Shown here one piece after another: positions 47,636 through 57,673 of a stretch of 64,000 nucleotides of DNA; within the stretch, counting starts at the first letter, position 1; each line of letters begins with the position of its first letter. Source of the stretch: Dehalococcoidia bacterium (GTDB lineage Bacteria > Chloroflexota > Dehalococcoidia > Bin125); assembly GCA_963663895.2 (NCBI GenBank), contig CAXXRD010000002.1, positions 448,001 through 512,000 on the forward strand, in the 5' to 3' direction. Both the position numbers and the translations under genes were made by a program. The notes under the pieces were generated by a model. It saw only the letters and a list, made by a program, of their open reading frames with translations. It did no database searches and was not told where the DNA came from.

Positions 47636-48492
47636 TCCCGGCGGCGTTCGAATACACGGCTCCAGACTCAATCGACGAGGCGATCGCACTGCTGGAGCGT
47701 AACGATGACGCGAAGTTGCTGGCGGGCGGGCATAGCCTGCTGCCGCTGATGAAGTTGCGGCTGGCAGCGCCATCGTTGCTGGTCGACCTGCGACGGGTAT
47801 CAGGGCTGGACGGGATCCAGGAAGAGAACGGCGCGATCCGCATCGGGGGCATGGTGACGCATGCGGCGATCGAGCGCTCCGACCTGCTGGCACGGCGGGT
47901 TCCGCTGCTGCCGGCGGTTGCGGCGACGATCGGCGACGTGCAGGTGCGCAATCGGGGCACGATCGGCGGGAGCCTGGCGCACGCCGACCCGGCAGCGGAC
48001 TTACCGGCGGCCATCCTGGCGCTCGACGCGCAGCTCGTCGCGCGCGGAGCGGCGGGGGAGCGGGTGGTGCCGGCGGCGGACTTCTTCGTGGACCTGCTGA
48101 CCACGGCGCTCAATCCGGGTGAGGTACTGACCGAGGTGCGCGTGCCGGTGCCCGGCACGGGCAGCGGCAGTGCCTATGCCAAGTTCCCGAACCCCGCCTC
48201 GCATTACGCGATCGTGGGAGTGGCGGCCCGGGTCGACATGCAGGACGGCAGGGTGCAGGAGGCGCGGGTCGCCGTGACGGGCGCGACCGCGACGGCGTAC
48301 CTGTCGGCGGCGGCGGCGGCGCGCTTGCAGGGGTCCAGCGGCGACGCGGCGGCGATCGCGGAGGCGGCCGGGCTGGCGTCCGAGGGCCGGGAGATGCTGG
48401 AGGACCTGTCGGCGTCGGCGGCGTATCGCACGCACCTCGTCGCAGTGCAGGCGCGGCGGGCGCTGACAGAGGCGGTTGCCGCGGCCGGCTAG
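47632..48492 (+). CDS. coxM: FAD-binding subunit (CoxM/CutM)
   Basis: MIPAAFEY, LAGGHSLLPLMKLRL, QVRNRGTIGGSLAHADPAAD. Confidence 0.92.
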   Translation: MIPAAFEYTAPDSIDEAIALLERNDDAKLLAGGHSLLPLMKLRLAAPSLLVDLRRVSGLDGIQEENGAIRIGGMVTHAAIERSDLLARRVPLLPAVAATIGDVQVRNRGTIGGSLAHADPAADLPAAILALDAQLVARGAAGERVVPAADFFVDLLTTALNPGEVLTEVRVPVPGTGSGSAYAKFPNPASHYAIVGVAARVDMQDGRVQEARVAVTGATATAYLSAAAAARLQGSSGDAAAIAEAAGLASEGREMLEDLSASAAYRTHLVAVQARRALTEAVAAAG

Positions 48493-49664
48493 CCGGTGTA
48501 CGTGCGGCGGACTCTTGCGCTGATGCTGCACAGTAGCTCGTAGCTGATCGTATCCGCGCCGCCGGCGACCTCGTCCGCGGAGAGCGTCGCAGCGCCCTGA
48601 TCGCCGATGAACACCACCTCGTCGGCAGGCGCAGCGCCGTCCACCGCAGAGACGTCGATGGTGCAGAGGTCCATCGACACGCGGCCGACGATGGAGCAAC
48701 GCCGGCCCCGCACGAGCGCCTCGCCACGATTCGAGAGGGCGCGTGGAAGTCCGTCCGCGTAACCGCAGGCAACAGTCGCAATGCGCAGCGGGCGATCGGC
48801 AGTGAAGGTAGCGCCGTAGCCAAGGCTTTCACCGGGGGCAAGATCGAAGCAGCGGAGGATGCCGGCACGCAGGCTGAGGGCCGGGCGCAGGCCGATGGGC
48901 GGCGCCTGCGCGGCGACGGGGTCGATGCCGTAGAGGCCGATACCGGTGCGAACGGCGTCGAGGTGCATGTATGGAAAGCGGCGCGCGGCAGCGGTGTTAC
49001 ACACGTGCCAGGCAAGTTCGTGATCAGGGTCGACAGCAGATGCGAACTCGCAGAAGCGCCGAAACTGTTGCTCGGTGCGGGCGGAATCAAGATCATCGGC
49101 GCAGGCAAAGTGGGTATAGATCCCCGTCAGCCGCAGACTGGGATGCGCGCGTGTCACGGCGATAACGCGGGCGGCGGCGGCGGGCGCGAGGCCAAGACGC
49201 CGCATCCCGGTGTCGACTTTGACATGCAGTGCGACGGGGCGCATGAGACGGTCGGCCACGGCAGCGACGGCGCTCAGGGAGGCGACGCTGGAGGGGGTCA
49301 ACGCGAGACCGGCGGCGACGGCAGGTTCCGATTCGCTGTCCGTGTGATAGCCGAGGACAAGGATGGGTGCGTCGATACCGAGACCGCGCAGGGCTAAGCC
49401 TTCGCCAACGCGCCCAACGGCAAGCGCATCGGCACCCGCGTCCAGGGCGGCGACGGCACAGGCAGCCGCGCCGTGACCATAGGCGTTAGCTTTGACCACG
49501 GCGATCAGCCGCGACCCGGCACGGAGTGAGGCGCGCAGCGCGGCGACGTTACGGCGCAGGGCAGCGAGATCGACGATGGCGCGCGCGGCGAAGCCTGGGT
49601 GATGCGGCAGCGCCGGTTGCGCGGACTCGGCAGGGACGGAGAGCCGGGCGGTCGATTGAGTCAT
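48489..49664 (-). CDS. alr: Alanine racemase
   Basis: VVKANAYGHG, HVKVDTGMRRLG, THFACAD, GYG, GYADG, GRVSMD, TISYE. Confidence 0.95.
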   Translation of the reverse strand: MTQSTARLSVPAESAQPALPHHPGFAARAIVDLAALRRNVAALRASLRAGSRLIAVVKANAYGHGAAACAVAALDAGADALAVGRVGEGLALRGLGIDAPILVLGYHTDSESEPAVAAGLALTPSSVASLSAVAAVADRLMRPVALHVKVDTGMRRLGLAPAAAARVIAVTRAHPSLRLTGIYTHFACADDLDSARTEQQFRRFCEFASAVDPDHELAWHVCNTAAARRFPYMHLDAVRTGIGLYGIDPVAAQAPPIGLRPALSLRAGILRCFDLAPGESLGYGATFTADRPLRIATVACGYADGLPRALSNRGEALVRGRRCSIVGRVSMDLCTIDVSAVDGAAPADEVVFIGDQGAATLSADEVAGGADTISYELLCSISARVRRTYTG

Positions 49665-49791
49665 GGGACTCCCGAGGCCGCCACGCCGCGCCCACCATAG
49701 CGCGGGTCGGCGTCTCAGCGAAGGGCCAACGGGCCTCGCCCGCTATCATGACCGCTGGATTCCACCGTCCAACGCGCAGGAGGAGCCACCC

Positions 49792-50973
49792 GTGCAAGTG
49801 TCGCTGTTCTACCTCCCGTCGCTCGGTCCGCGACGTGAGATCGAGAAGGGACTGGCAGGGCTGCGGGAGGACCTGTACCAGCAGATGCTGTCCGATCTGA
49901 AGGACCAGGCCCAAGCGGCGGACGCCCTCGGGTACGACTCGATTTCGTTCACGGAGCACCACTTCCACATCGAGGGGTTCGAGATCTCGAACAACCCGGT
50001 GTTGCTGGATCTTTACGTGGCGGCACACACCGAGCGGATCCGAGTGGGGCAGCTGGGGATCGTGCTCCCGGCGCACAGCCCCCTGCGGGTGGCCGAAGAC
50101 ATCGCCATGCTCGACCACATGTCTGGGGGGCGGGCCAACGCGGGATTCGCGCGGGGGTATCAACGGCGATGGGTCGATGTGCTGGCCCAGCACTTGCACG
50201 GGATTCACGGCGCGGCGCCGGGCCAGCACGACGCGATCGATCAGGCGAACCGCGAAGCGTTCGAAGATCACTACCGGATCATCAAGCGGGCCTGGAGCGA
50301 GTCGCTGATCAGCGATGCGGGACCGTTCTGGCAGATCCCGCCCCCGGAGACGCCGTGGGATTTAGACGCAACCCGCCAGTGGGGCTCCGGGATCGAAGAG
50401 GGCAAGGTCACGGCGATCGGGGTGGTGCCGAAGCCGCTGCAGAAGCCGCACCCGCCGATCTTCCAGCCGTTCGCGTCGAGTGAGCGGACAATCCGCTGGT
50501 GCGCGCGGGAGGGTGTCACGGCGATCCTGCCGCCGATGAACACGACCTTGCAGAATCAGCTGTACGCCGTGTACGCGCAGGAGGCGGCGAGCTGCGGCCG
50601 AACGCTGGCAACGGGCGAGGGGCTGGGAGTCCTCCGGGACGTGGTCGTGGCGGATACCGATCAGGAAGCGCTGCGGCTTTGGCGGAGTAGCGGGGCATTC
50701 GTAGGCAAGGCGTGGTTCACGCCGTTTCACTTCGGCGACGTGCTGGCGGAGCCGGGGGAGACGCAGCTGCCCAGTCCCGAACAGATGATGGAGCAGGGGC
50801 TGCTGTTGGTGGGGAGCGTGGGAACCGTGATCGAACAGCTGCGGCGGCTGCGCGAGATCACGCCGGTGCAGTGGCTGTTCGCCTGGCAATACAACGGGCT
50901 GATCCCGAATGCGAAGCTGCAGCGATCGCTGGAGCTGTTTGCGACGGAAGTCTTGCCGGCGTTCCGCGACTAG
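49792..50973 (+). CDS. LLM class flavin-dependent oxidoreductase
   Basis: FTEHHF, PLRVAEDIAMLDHMSGGR, PKPLQKPHPP, LELFATEVLP; GTG start after AGGAGG. Confidence 0.9.
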   Translation: MQVSLFYLPSLGPRREIEKGLAGLREDLYQQMLSDLKDQAQAADALGYDSISFTEHHFHIEGFEISNNPVLLDLYVAAHTERIRVGQLGIVLPAHSPLRVAEDIAMLDHMSGGRANAGFARGYQRRWVDVLAQHLHGIHGAAPGQHDAIDQANREAFEDHYRIIKRAWSESLISDAGPFWQIPPPETPWDLDATRQWGSGIEEGKVTAIGVVPKPLQKPHPPIFQPFASSERTIRWCAREGVTAILPPMNTTLQNQLYAVYAQEAASCGRTLATGEGLGVLRDVVVADTDQEALRLWRSSGAFVGKAWFTPFHFGDVLAEPGETQLPSPEQMMEQGLLLVGSVGTVIEQLRRLREITPVQWLFAWQYNGLIPNAKLQRSLELFATEVLPAFRD

Positions 50974-51000
50974 GCGGGCCGGCGGACGGCACCCCTGGGG

Positions 51001-51028
51001 TTGTAGGGCGCTCCGGTGTTGCTATCAT
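51001..51028 (+). promoter_or_regulatory. Putative sigma70-type promoter for the thiamine transporter leader
   Basis: TTGTAG-16 nt-TATCAT with an extended TG, just upstream of the riboswitch. Confidence 0.45.
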
Positions 51029-51044
51029 TGCGGCACAACTGCAT

Positions 51045-51135
51045 AGATTTGCCGGGGTGGTTCGGTCACTGGGACCGAGCCTGAGAATGACACCCGCAAA
51101 CCTGATCCGGGTAATGCCGGCGTAGGGAGCACGCG
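51045..51135 (+). ncRNA. TPP riboswitch (THI element)
   Basis: GGGGTG...CTGAGA-ATG-ACACCCG...ACCTGATCCGGGTAATGCCGGCGTAGGGA consensus, upstream of a NMT1/ThiY gene. Confidence 0.95.
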
Positions 51136-51145
51136 TCACCTCCGC

Positions 51146-51173
51146 AGACCCCGGCGAATCGCCGGGGTCTTTT
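51146..51173 (+). terminator. Intrinsic terminator (riboswitch expression platform)
   Basis: AGACCCCGGCG-AAT-CGCCGGGGTCT 11-bp stem followed by TTT. Confidence 0.75.
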
Positions 51174-51187
51174 GGCGCCAAGGGAGA

Positions 51188-52273
51188 ATGGCAATGCACG
51201 ATGGCAGCGCGGGGAGCAGGGCAAGGTTGGTTCAGCGGCGGCTGAGCCGCCGACGTTTGCTGACGGCCGCCACGACGGCGGGATTGGGAGCAGCGGGTCT
51301 GGCGTTGGTCGGGTGCGGCGACGACGACTCAGCGCCGAGCACGGGGCCGGCGGTCCCCGTCAGCCTGGCCTTGGACTGGGTGCCGAACACGAACCACACG
51401 GGCTTCTTCGTCGCGGATGAGATGGGCTGGTACGCGGAGGAGGGGGTGCAGCTGGAGCTGCTGCCCTATGCACAGGTGGAGCCGGACACGCTCGTGACAA
51501 CAGGCGAGGCCGACTTTGGGATCTCGTTCGCGCCGAGCTTGACTTTGGCGGTGGCCGCAGGGCGGCCCCTGACATCGGTCATGGCGATCTTGCAGCGGCC
51601 GGCCAGCGCCATCGCGGTGCGCTCGGATCGGAGCGATATCCAGACACCCGCAGACCTCGACGGACTGGTGTACGCCGGCTTCGGGGCGCCCTGGGAGGAG
51701 GTGCTGGTGCGGAGGGTGATCCAAAACGCGGGCGGCAGGGGCGAGTTCGAAACGGTGATACTGAACACGTTCGCCTATGAGGCAGTATACGCGGGCGAAG
51801 CGGATTTCGTGGTCCCCTTCATGACCTGGGGAGGGATCGAAGCAGAGCTACGGGGGACGCCGCTCAAGGCGTTCCAATACCGTGACTATGGGTTCCCCGA
51901 TTTCTACGCCGTGCTCTTGATGAGCAATCCCGCGTGGCTGTCGGCGAACGAGGCAGCGGCGCGGGGATTCGTGCGGGCGACCCAGCGCGGCTTCCAGTTC
52001 GCCGCGGAGAATCCGGACGAGGCGGCCCAGATCTTGATCGATGCCAACCCAGGAGTGTTCCCTGAGGAGGGATTGGTCTTCCGCAGCGCCAGATTGCTCG
52101 GCGCCGACTACTACCTGGATGAGAGTGGAACGTTCGGGACGCAGACGCTCGATCGCTGGACGGAGTTCCCGCGCTTCCTCTTCGAGAACGGGCTGCTCAT
52201 GGATGCCGAGGGCAACCCGCTTACAGAGGAACTGGACTACGAAGCGCTGTTCACGAACGAATACCTGGCTTGA
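51188..52273 (+). CDS. thiY: ABC substrate-binding lipoprotein, NMT1/ThiY family
   Basis: Tat-like SRRRLL and lipobox LVGC; LDWVPNTNHTG; TPP riboswitch upstream. Confidence 0.87.
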   Translation: MAMHDGSAGSRARLVQRRLSRRRLLTAATTAGLGAAGLALVGCGDDDSAPSTGPAVPVSLALDWVPNTNHTGFFVADEMGWYAEEGVQLELLPYAQVEPDTLVTTGEADFGISFAPSLTLAVAAGRPLTSVMAILQRPASAIAVRSDRSDIQTPADLDGLVYAGFGAPWEEVLVRRVIQNAGGRGEFETVILNTFAYEAVYAGEADFVVPFMTWGGIEAELRGTPLKAFQYRDYGFPDFYAVLLMSNPAWLSANEAAARGFVRATQRGFQFAAENPDEAAQILIDANPGVFPEEGLVFRSARLLGADYYLDESGTFGTQTLDRWTEFPRFLFENGLLMDAEGNPLTEELDYEALFTNEYLA

Positions 52274-52332
52274 GCGTGCAGGCGACCACGCCGCGAGAGT
52301 AGTGCGGCGGCGATGACCGCGCCCTGCCCCGC

Positions 52333-53130
52333 ATGATCATCCTGGGGGGGCGAGCAGGGCCGCGCGCCGCCGGGCGCTGGGCCGCGCTGCCGATCGCCAT
52401 CGCAGCGCTGTACGGCGCCTGGGAGCTGTACGTGGGGCTCAGCGGCATCGAGCCGCAGGTCCTGCCATCGCCGAGCCGGGTCATCCGAGAAGGATGGGAC
52501 TTCCGCAGCGATCTCGCCAAGGGCGCAGGATTCACGCTGCGCGAGACGGCGATAGGGTTTGCGCTGTCGGTGGGGGCGGCGACGCTGCTGGCGGTCGCGA
52601 TGGACTTTTCGGGCGTGATCCGGCGCGCGCTGTACCCGCTGCTGGTCGGATCGCAGACGCTGCCGCTGATCGTACTGGCGCCGCTGTTGATCGTTTGGTT
52701 CGGTTTTGGACTCACCCCCAAAGTCCTCTTGGTTGTGCTGGTGACGTTCTTCCCGATCGTCGTTGGGTGGATCGATGGCTTCGCGGCGACCGAGAACGAG
52801 GCAAGCAATCTCCTGCGATCGATGGGAGCATCGCGCTGGCAGGTCTTCCGCTACCTGCGCTTCCCCAACGCATTGCCGCGCTTCTTCTCGGGGCTGCGGA
52901 TCGCGATCACGTACAGCGTCGTGGCGGCCGTCGTGGCGGAGTGGGCGGGGGCGCGGCTGGGCGAGGGACTGGGCGTGCTGATGATCCAGTACGAGAATTC
53001 GTTCCGCACCGATCTGGTGCTGGCGGCCGTGTTCGTGACCGCCGCTGTCTCCATCGCCCTGTTCCTCTCGACGTATGGAATGGAGCGGCTCTCGATCCCC
53101 TGGTACTTCCGGACGCGGCGCCATGGCTAA
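52333..53130 (+). CDS. thiX: ABC permease (SsuC/ThiX type)
   Basis: LPSPSRV, LLIVWFGFG, EAA-like SMGASRWQVFRYLRFPNALP, VVAEW. Confidence 0.85.
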   Translation: MIILGGRAGPRAAGRWAALPIAIAALYGAWELYVGLSGIEPQVLPSPSRVIREGWDFRSDLAKGAGFTLRETAIGFALSVGAATLLAVAMDFSGVIRRALYPLLVGSQTLPLIVLAPLLIVWFGFGLTPKVLLVVLVTFFPIVVGWIDGFAATENEASNLLRSMGASRWQVFRYLRFPNALPRFFSGLRIAITYSVVAAVVAEWAGARLGEGLGVLMIQYENSFRTDLVLAAVFVTAAVSIALFLSTYGMERLSIPWYFRTRRHG

Positions 53131-53923
53131 CGCTCCCGACACGCCGAAGATCGAAGCGCGCGACCTCCACAAAAGCTACCGAACGGCGGACGGTCCTCTC
53201 GCAGTCGTCCGGGCCGTCAGTTTGACGGCAGCCGCCGGGGAGTTCGTGAGCATCATCGGGCCGAGCGGCTGCGGGAAGAGCACGCTTTTCAACATCTTGG
53301 CAGGGTTGGAAACGGCGGATGCGGGCTCGGTGCTCCTGGACGGGGAGCCGATCGGAGCGCGCGCGGGGGCCTTTGGGTACATGCCGCAGAAGGATCTCCT
53401 CCTTCCCTGGCGGCGGATCTTGGAAAACACCACGCTGGGGTTGGAGGTGCGGGGCGTTCCCTGGCGCGAGGCGCGGGCGCGGGCACAGCAGCTGTTCGAG
53501 GCGTTCGGGCTGACGGGATTCGAACGGGCCTATCCGTCCGAGCTGTCAGGAGGGATGCGGCAGCGAGCAGCGCTGTTGCGCACCGTGGTGCAAGAGCGCG
53601 ACGTGGTGCTGCTGGACGAACCGTTGGGCGCGCTCGATTCCCTGACACGGACGCAGATGCAGGTGTGGCTGGAGGGGGTGTGGCGGCGCTTCCGGTGGAC
53701 CGTCTTGTTGATCACGCACGACATCCGCGAGGCAGCGTATCTGTCCGATCGGGTCTACGTGCTGGGGTCGCGGCCAGGAAGCGTCCAGACGACGGTCGAT
53801 GTCGATCTGCCGCGTCCAAGGACGGTGACCGATCCGGCATTCCTGGCCGTGGAGCAGGAGCTGACGGAAGCGCTGCGGGTGGAGACGCGAAAGGCGGAGC
53901 GTGATCCAGCGGTGTGGCCGTAG
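53123..53923 (+). CDS. thiZ: ABC ATP-binding protein (ThiZ type)
   Basis: GPSGCGKS, LSGGMRQR, LLDEP, ITHD. Confidence 0.88.
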   Translation: MANAPDTPKIEARDLHKSYRTADGPLAVVRAVSLTAAAGEFVSIIGPSGCGKSTLFNILAGLETADAGSVLLDGEPIGARAGAFGYMPQKDLLLPWRRILENTTLGLEVRGVPWREARARAQQLFEAFGLTGFERAYPSELSGGMRQRAALLRTVVQERDVVLLDEPLGALDSLTRTQMQVWLEGVWRRFRWTVLLITHDIREAAYLSDRVYVLGSRPGSVQTTVDVDLPRPRTVTDPAFLAVEQELTEALRVETRKAERDPAVWP

Positions 53924-53926
53924 GCC

Positions 53927-55567
53927 CTAGGGACCAGCCGTCACGACCTCGGGCGGGGCCACGGGGCGGAATTGGTCAAAGTTGTCGTGGAAGCGCTCGG
54001 CGAGCGCTCGGTAGGCGACGTCGTAGGCGTCTTTGTCGCTCCAGAGATCACGGGGGTTGAGTAGCGAGGCATCTGCGCCGGGACAGTGCAGCGGCACTTC
54101 GAAGCCGAAGAGCGGGTCGGTGCGAAACTCCTCCGCGACCATGGCGTCGTTGAGGATCGCGCTCACCATCTTGCGGGTTTCCTGGATGGCGACGCGCTCT
54201 CCCACCCCGGGCGGACCGCCCACCCAGCCGGTGTTCACCAGCCAGACGCCGGCGCCCGTCGCTTCGAGTCGTTCCTTGAGGAGGTCGGCGTAGAGCGTTG
54301 GCTGGAGGGCCATGAACGGGGCACCGAAGCAGGTGCTGAAGGTGACTTGCGGTTCGTCGATGCCCGTTTCCGTACCGGCGAGCTTGGAGGTGTAACCGCT
54401 GAGGAAGTGATAGAGCGCCTGATCGTGCGTGAGGCGGGCGAGCGGGGGGAGGACGCCGAAGGCGTCGGCCGTGAGAAGAATGACGTGTGCGGGATGGGGT
54501 GCGACCTGTCCTTGGTATCGATTGCGGAGGGAGTCCAGGGGATAGCTGGAGCGGGTGTTCTCGGTGATGGCGTCGTCGTCGAGGTCGGCGACGCGGGAAT
54601 CTTCGTCGAAGATCACGTTCTCCATGATCGTGCCGAACATGTGCGCGGTGGCGAAGATGTCGGGTTCGGCTTCCTCGGAGAGACGGATGACCTTGGCATA
54701 GCAGCCGCCCTCGATGTTGAAGATGCCGTCTTCGGTCCAGGCGTGCTCATCGTCGCCGATGAGCACGCGGTCAGGGTCCGTGCTTAAGGTGGTCTTGCCG
54801 GTTCCGGAGAGGCCGAAGAAGAAGGCGGTCTTGCCGGTGGCGGGATCGATGTTGGCAGCAGAATGGAGGGACAGCACACCGCTGAGGGGAAGATAGTAGT
54901 TCATGGCCGTAAAGACGGACTTCTTCATCTCGCCGGCATACGCGGTGCCGGCGATAACGATGAGGCCCTCGGTGAGGTGGAGGACGATGACGGCGTCGCT
55001 GTTGAGCCCGTCCTCCTGCCCCTCGAAGTGGAGGAAGGGGGCGTGGAGGATGGTAATGTCGGGATCGCCATGCAAGGGCTCGTCGCTGGGGATGAACATC
55101 GTGCGGGCGAAAACACTGTGATACGCCTGCTCTGAGATGACCCGGACCGTCTTCCGCTGGCGGGGGTCTTGTGAGACGTAGCAGTCCTGCCGGTAGAGCG
55201 TTTTATCTTTGAAGTAGTCGAGGAAGCGCGCGCGAACGCCCTCGAAGGTTTCGGGGGACATGGGCTGGTTGTGCGCGCCCCACCATACGTGCTCGGCGGT
55301 CTCGGGGACGCGGACGACGAACTTGTCCCTGGGGCTGCGGCCCGTACGGGGTCCGCTGCGGACCGCGAAACTGCCGCCCTCAAGGAGCTTGCCTTCACCG
55401 GTGCGAACGGCGTGCTCGTAGAGCACGGGGACCGAAAGGTTGGAGTAGACGACCGCGGCGTCCGCTACCACACGATCGCTAATATGCTCCGAATTCGCAG
55501 CTACCGACACCCGCTGCGCTCTCCCTGCTTCTGACTTGGTGTAGCCGTCGAAGGCGGCCAGAGGCAT
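53927..55567 (-). CDS. pckA: Phosphoenolpyruvate carboxykinase (ATP)
   Basis: TGRSPRDK, YAGEMKKSVF, GLSGTGKTTLS, LIGDDEH, FNIEGGCYAK, TENTR. Start may be GTG 55510. Confidence 0.95.
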   Translation of the reverse strand: MPLAAFDGYTKSEAGRAQRVSVAANSEHISDRVVADAAVVYSNLSVPVLYEHAVRTGEGKLLEGGSFAVRSGPRTGRSPRDKFVVRVPETAEHVWWGAHNQPMSPETFEGVRARFLDYFKDKTLYRQDCYVSQDPRQRKTVRVISEQAYHSVFARTMFIPSDEPLHGDPDITILHAPFLHFEGQEDGLNSDAVIVLHLTEGLIVIAGTAYAGEMKKSVFTAMNYYLPLSGVLSLHSAANIDPATGKTAFFFGLSGTGKTTLSTDPDRVLIGDDEHAWTEDGIFNIEGGCYAKVIRLSEEAEPDIFATAHMFGTIMENVIFDEDSRVADLDDDAITENTRSSYPLDSLRNRYQGQVAPHPAHVILLTADAFGVLPPLARLTHDQALYHFLSGYTSKLAGTETGIDEPQVTFSTCFGAPFMALQPTLYADLLKERLEATGAGVWLVNTGWVGGPPGVGERVAIQETRKMVSAILNDAMVAEEFRTDPLFGFEVPLHCPGADASLLNPRDLWSDKDAYDVAYRALAERFHDNFDQFRPVAPPEVVTAGP

Positions 55568-55604
55568 GGTATAGGACGGCTGGGAGCGGTGCGAGACCGC
55601 AATG

Positions 55605-56546
55605 CTAAAGCGGAGGCAGGCCCGCTTGGGCGCGCGTATGGTCGATCAGTGCGCGGTATCCCGCTTCAAGGGGACGGTGCTCGAAGCCGAACTCATCGCG
55701 GATGCGTGAGGAATCGATGCGATAGGGGAGATCGGTGCGGCCGGTGGTTTCATCGAAGGTGATCTGGGCATCGGGGAGGAAGCGCTGCACGAGGGCGGCG
55801 AGCTCGCCATAGGATCGGGTATGCCCGCCCACGTTATAGACCTCGTGTGCGGGACTGGGGGCTTGCAGCAGGGTGATCATCGCACGGGCGACGTCTTGCA
55901 CGTCGCCGAGGCACACGTGATCGTCGGCGGCAAAGGGAAGCTGCGCGGCGTCTCCAAGGGCGCAGTTATAGGCGGCGACGTTGACGCCGCGGGCACCGTA
56001 CCGTCCGCCGATGCCATACACGGCCGGAACGCGCAGCGAGAGGATGCGCATGCCGGGGACGCGCATGTTGTAGAAGTGGGCGGTTACCTCACCGAGTTTC
56101 TTGGCGACGCCGTAGATGTCCATCGCCAGGCCGGGATGATCTTCGCCGAGCGGGACTTCGCCGTGAAGCCACTGCGGCCCGTAGTAGTGGATCGAACTGG
56201 GGAAGATCACGCGGCGTACGCCCGCGAGACGCGCCGCCTCGAAGAGATCGACGGTCTGCTTGACCATGATCTCCACCTCTTGGTGGACCTCCTCCGCGCT
56301 GCCGGGAGCGGACATGAAAAAGACCGAGTGGACCAGCTGATCGACGCGCCGGCTCTCAAGCAGCCGACGCAATGCATCGACGCCGGGGATGCCGCCATCA
56401 ATGAGCTCCACTCGCTCGATGATGTCGGCGAGGCGCCCCGGGGTGCCGCGGATGTCGAGACAGAGAGGACGCTCACCCTGTTCGACCAGCTGTCGCGCGA
56501 TGGTCGAGCCGATGAATCCTTTCCCGCCGGTAATGAGCACGGTCAT
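55605..56546 (-). CDS. NAD-dependent epimerase/dehydratase
   Basis: TGGKGFIG, SS, YGVAK. Confidence 0.88.
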   Translation of the reverse strand: MTVLITGGKGFIGSTIARQLVEQGERPLCLDIRGTPGRLADIIERVELIDGGIPGVDALRRLLESRRVDQLVHSVFFMSAPGSAEEVHQEVEIMVKQTVDLFEAARLAGVRRVIFPSSIHYYGPQWLHGEVPLGEDHPGLAMDIYGVAKKLGEVTAHFYNMRVPGMRILSLRVPAVYGIGGRYGARGVNVAAYNCALGDAAQLPFAADDHVCLGDVQDVARAMITLLQAPSPAHEVYNVGGHTRSYGELAALVQRFLPDAQITFDETTGRTDLPYRIDSSRIRDEFGFEHRPLEAGYRALIDHTRAQAGLPPL

Positions 56547-56556
56547 GGCTCGCTCC

Positions 56557-57534
56557 TCAAGGGACCAGCACTAGCTTGACGCCGGGGCCGCTGCGCTGAC
56601 GTTCCCAAGCCGCGGCAACGGCGGCGAGGGAGAGACGCTCCAAGGGGACGTGGATGCGACCGGCGCCGGCATGATCGACGAGGGCGGTATATTGCCGGCG
56701 CCAGACGTCACGGGGGACGGCGAAGTCAGAGAAGCCCAGTAGCTCGAGCTGCTTGCCGCGCACGGCGGCAGAGGGGATCGTGGCGGTGGCGCCGGCGGAC
56801 TGGCCCAGATTGACAACGCGGGCTCCGGGCGGAGCGACCTCCAGGGCCGCTTGCAACGGTCCACCCCAGACCGGGTCGATGACGAGCGACGGTCCGGCCG
56901 GCCCGCAGGCAGCACGCAGGGCCGCAGGTAAGTCGGCCTCGTCAAGCGAGACCGTGGCGTCCGCGCCCAGGTCGCGGGTGGCGCGGAGACGATCGGCGGC
57001 GCGTCCAGCAGCAACGACGCGCCCGGCTCCAAGTATCCGCGCGGCTTGGAGCGCAACCTGCCCGACGGTGCCGGTTGCGCCCAGCACGAGCACCGTTTCG
57101 CCGCGCCGGACGGGAGCGCGCCAGGCGACCGGCAGCCAGCCGGCCATGCCGGCGACGCCCAAAGCGGCGGCCAGCGCCGGGTCGGCGTCGCGGGGGATCG
57201 GGATGAGGGCGTCGTCGTCCGCCACGAGGCGTTCGGCGAGTGCGCCATCGCTGGTAACGCCCATGCCGGTGAGCCCGACCCAGGCAAGGGTTCCCCCTGG
57301 CTGCGCACGCGAATCGACGACACGGGCAACTGCCTCGACGCCGGGGATGTAGGGCAGCGATGGCTGTCCCGCGTAGTGACGGCCGGAGGCAACGGCGATA
57401 TCGATCGGGTTGAGCGGCGCCGCGACGACCTCCAACAGGGACTGGCCAGCGCTGGGCGCGGGCGCGGGCCGCTCGCCAAGGCGAGGCGTACCATCAAGCT
57501 CCGAGAGCAGCGCGGCTCGCATCCGAGAGATCAC
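56557..57534 (-). CDS. MDR family (quinone oxidoreductase-like) oxidoreductase
   Basis: LNPID, PYIPGVE, GETVLVLGATGTVG. Confidence 0.85.
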   Translation of the reverse strand: MISRMRAALLSELDGTPRLGERPAPAPSAGQSLLEVVAAPLNPIDIAVASGRHYAGQPSLPYIPGVEAVARVVDSRAQPGGTLAWVGLTGMGVTSDGALAERLVADDDALIPIPRDADPALAAALGVAGMAGWLPVAWRAPVRRGETVLVLGATGTVGQVALQAARILGAGRVVAAGRAADRLRATRDLGADATVSLDEADLPAALRAACGPAGPSLVIDPVWGGPLQAALEVAPPGARVVNLGQSAGATATIPSAAVRGKQLELLGFSDFAVPRDVWRRQYTALVDHAGAGRIHVPLERLSLAAVAAAWERQRSGPGVKLVLVP

Positions 57535-57673
57535 TCCGTCGTCGATCGGGGCAACATCCGCCGAGCGTGTGCGCGCCGGTCTATCACGCCACGCTCCGAC
57601 CCGTCAAACCGAGAAGACGCCAGAGCACCGGCCGAGGCGGATAGACCGGAGACGCCGGACCCGAGCGGACTGG

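Noticed and set aside
52276-52332. In-frame GTG...TAG upstream of the permease as possible amber readthrough
   Set aside because: The extension has no recognisable motif, there is no sign of pyrrolysine machinery, and the permease appears complete from 52333.
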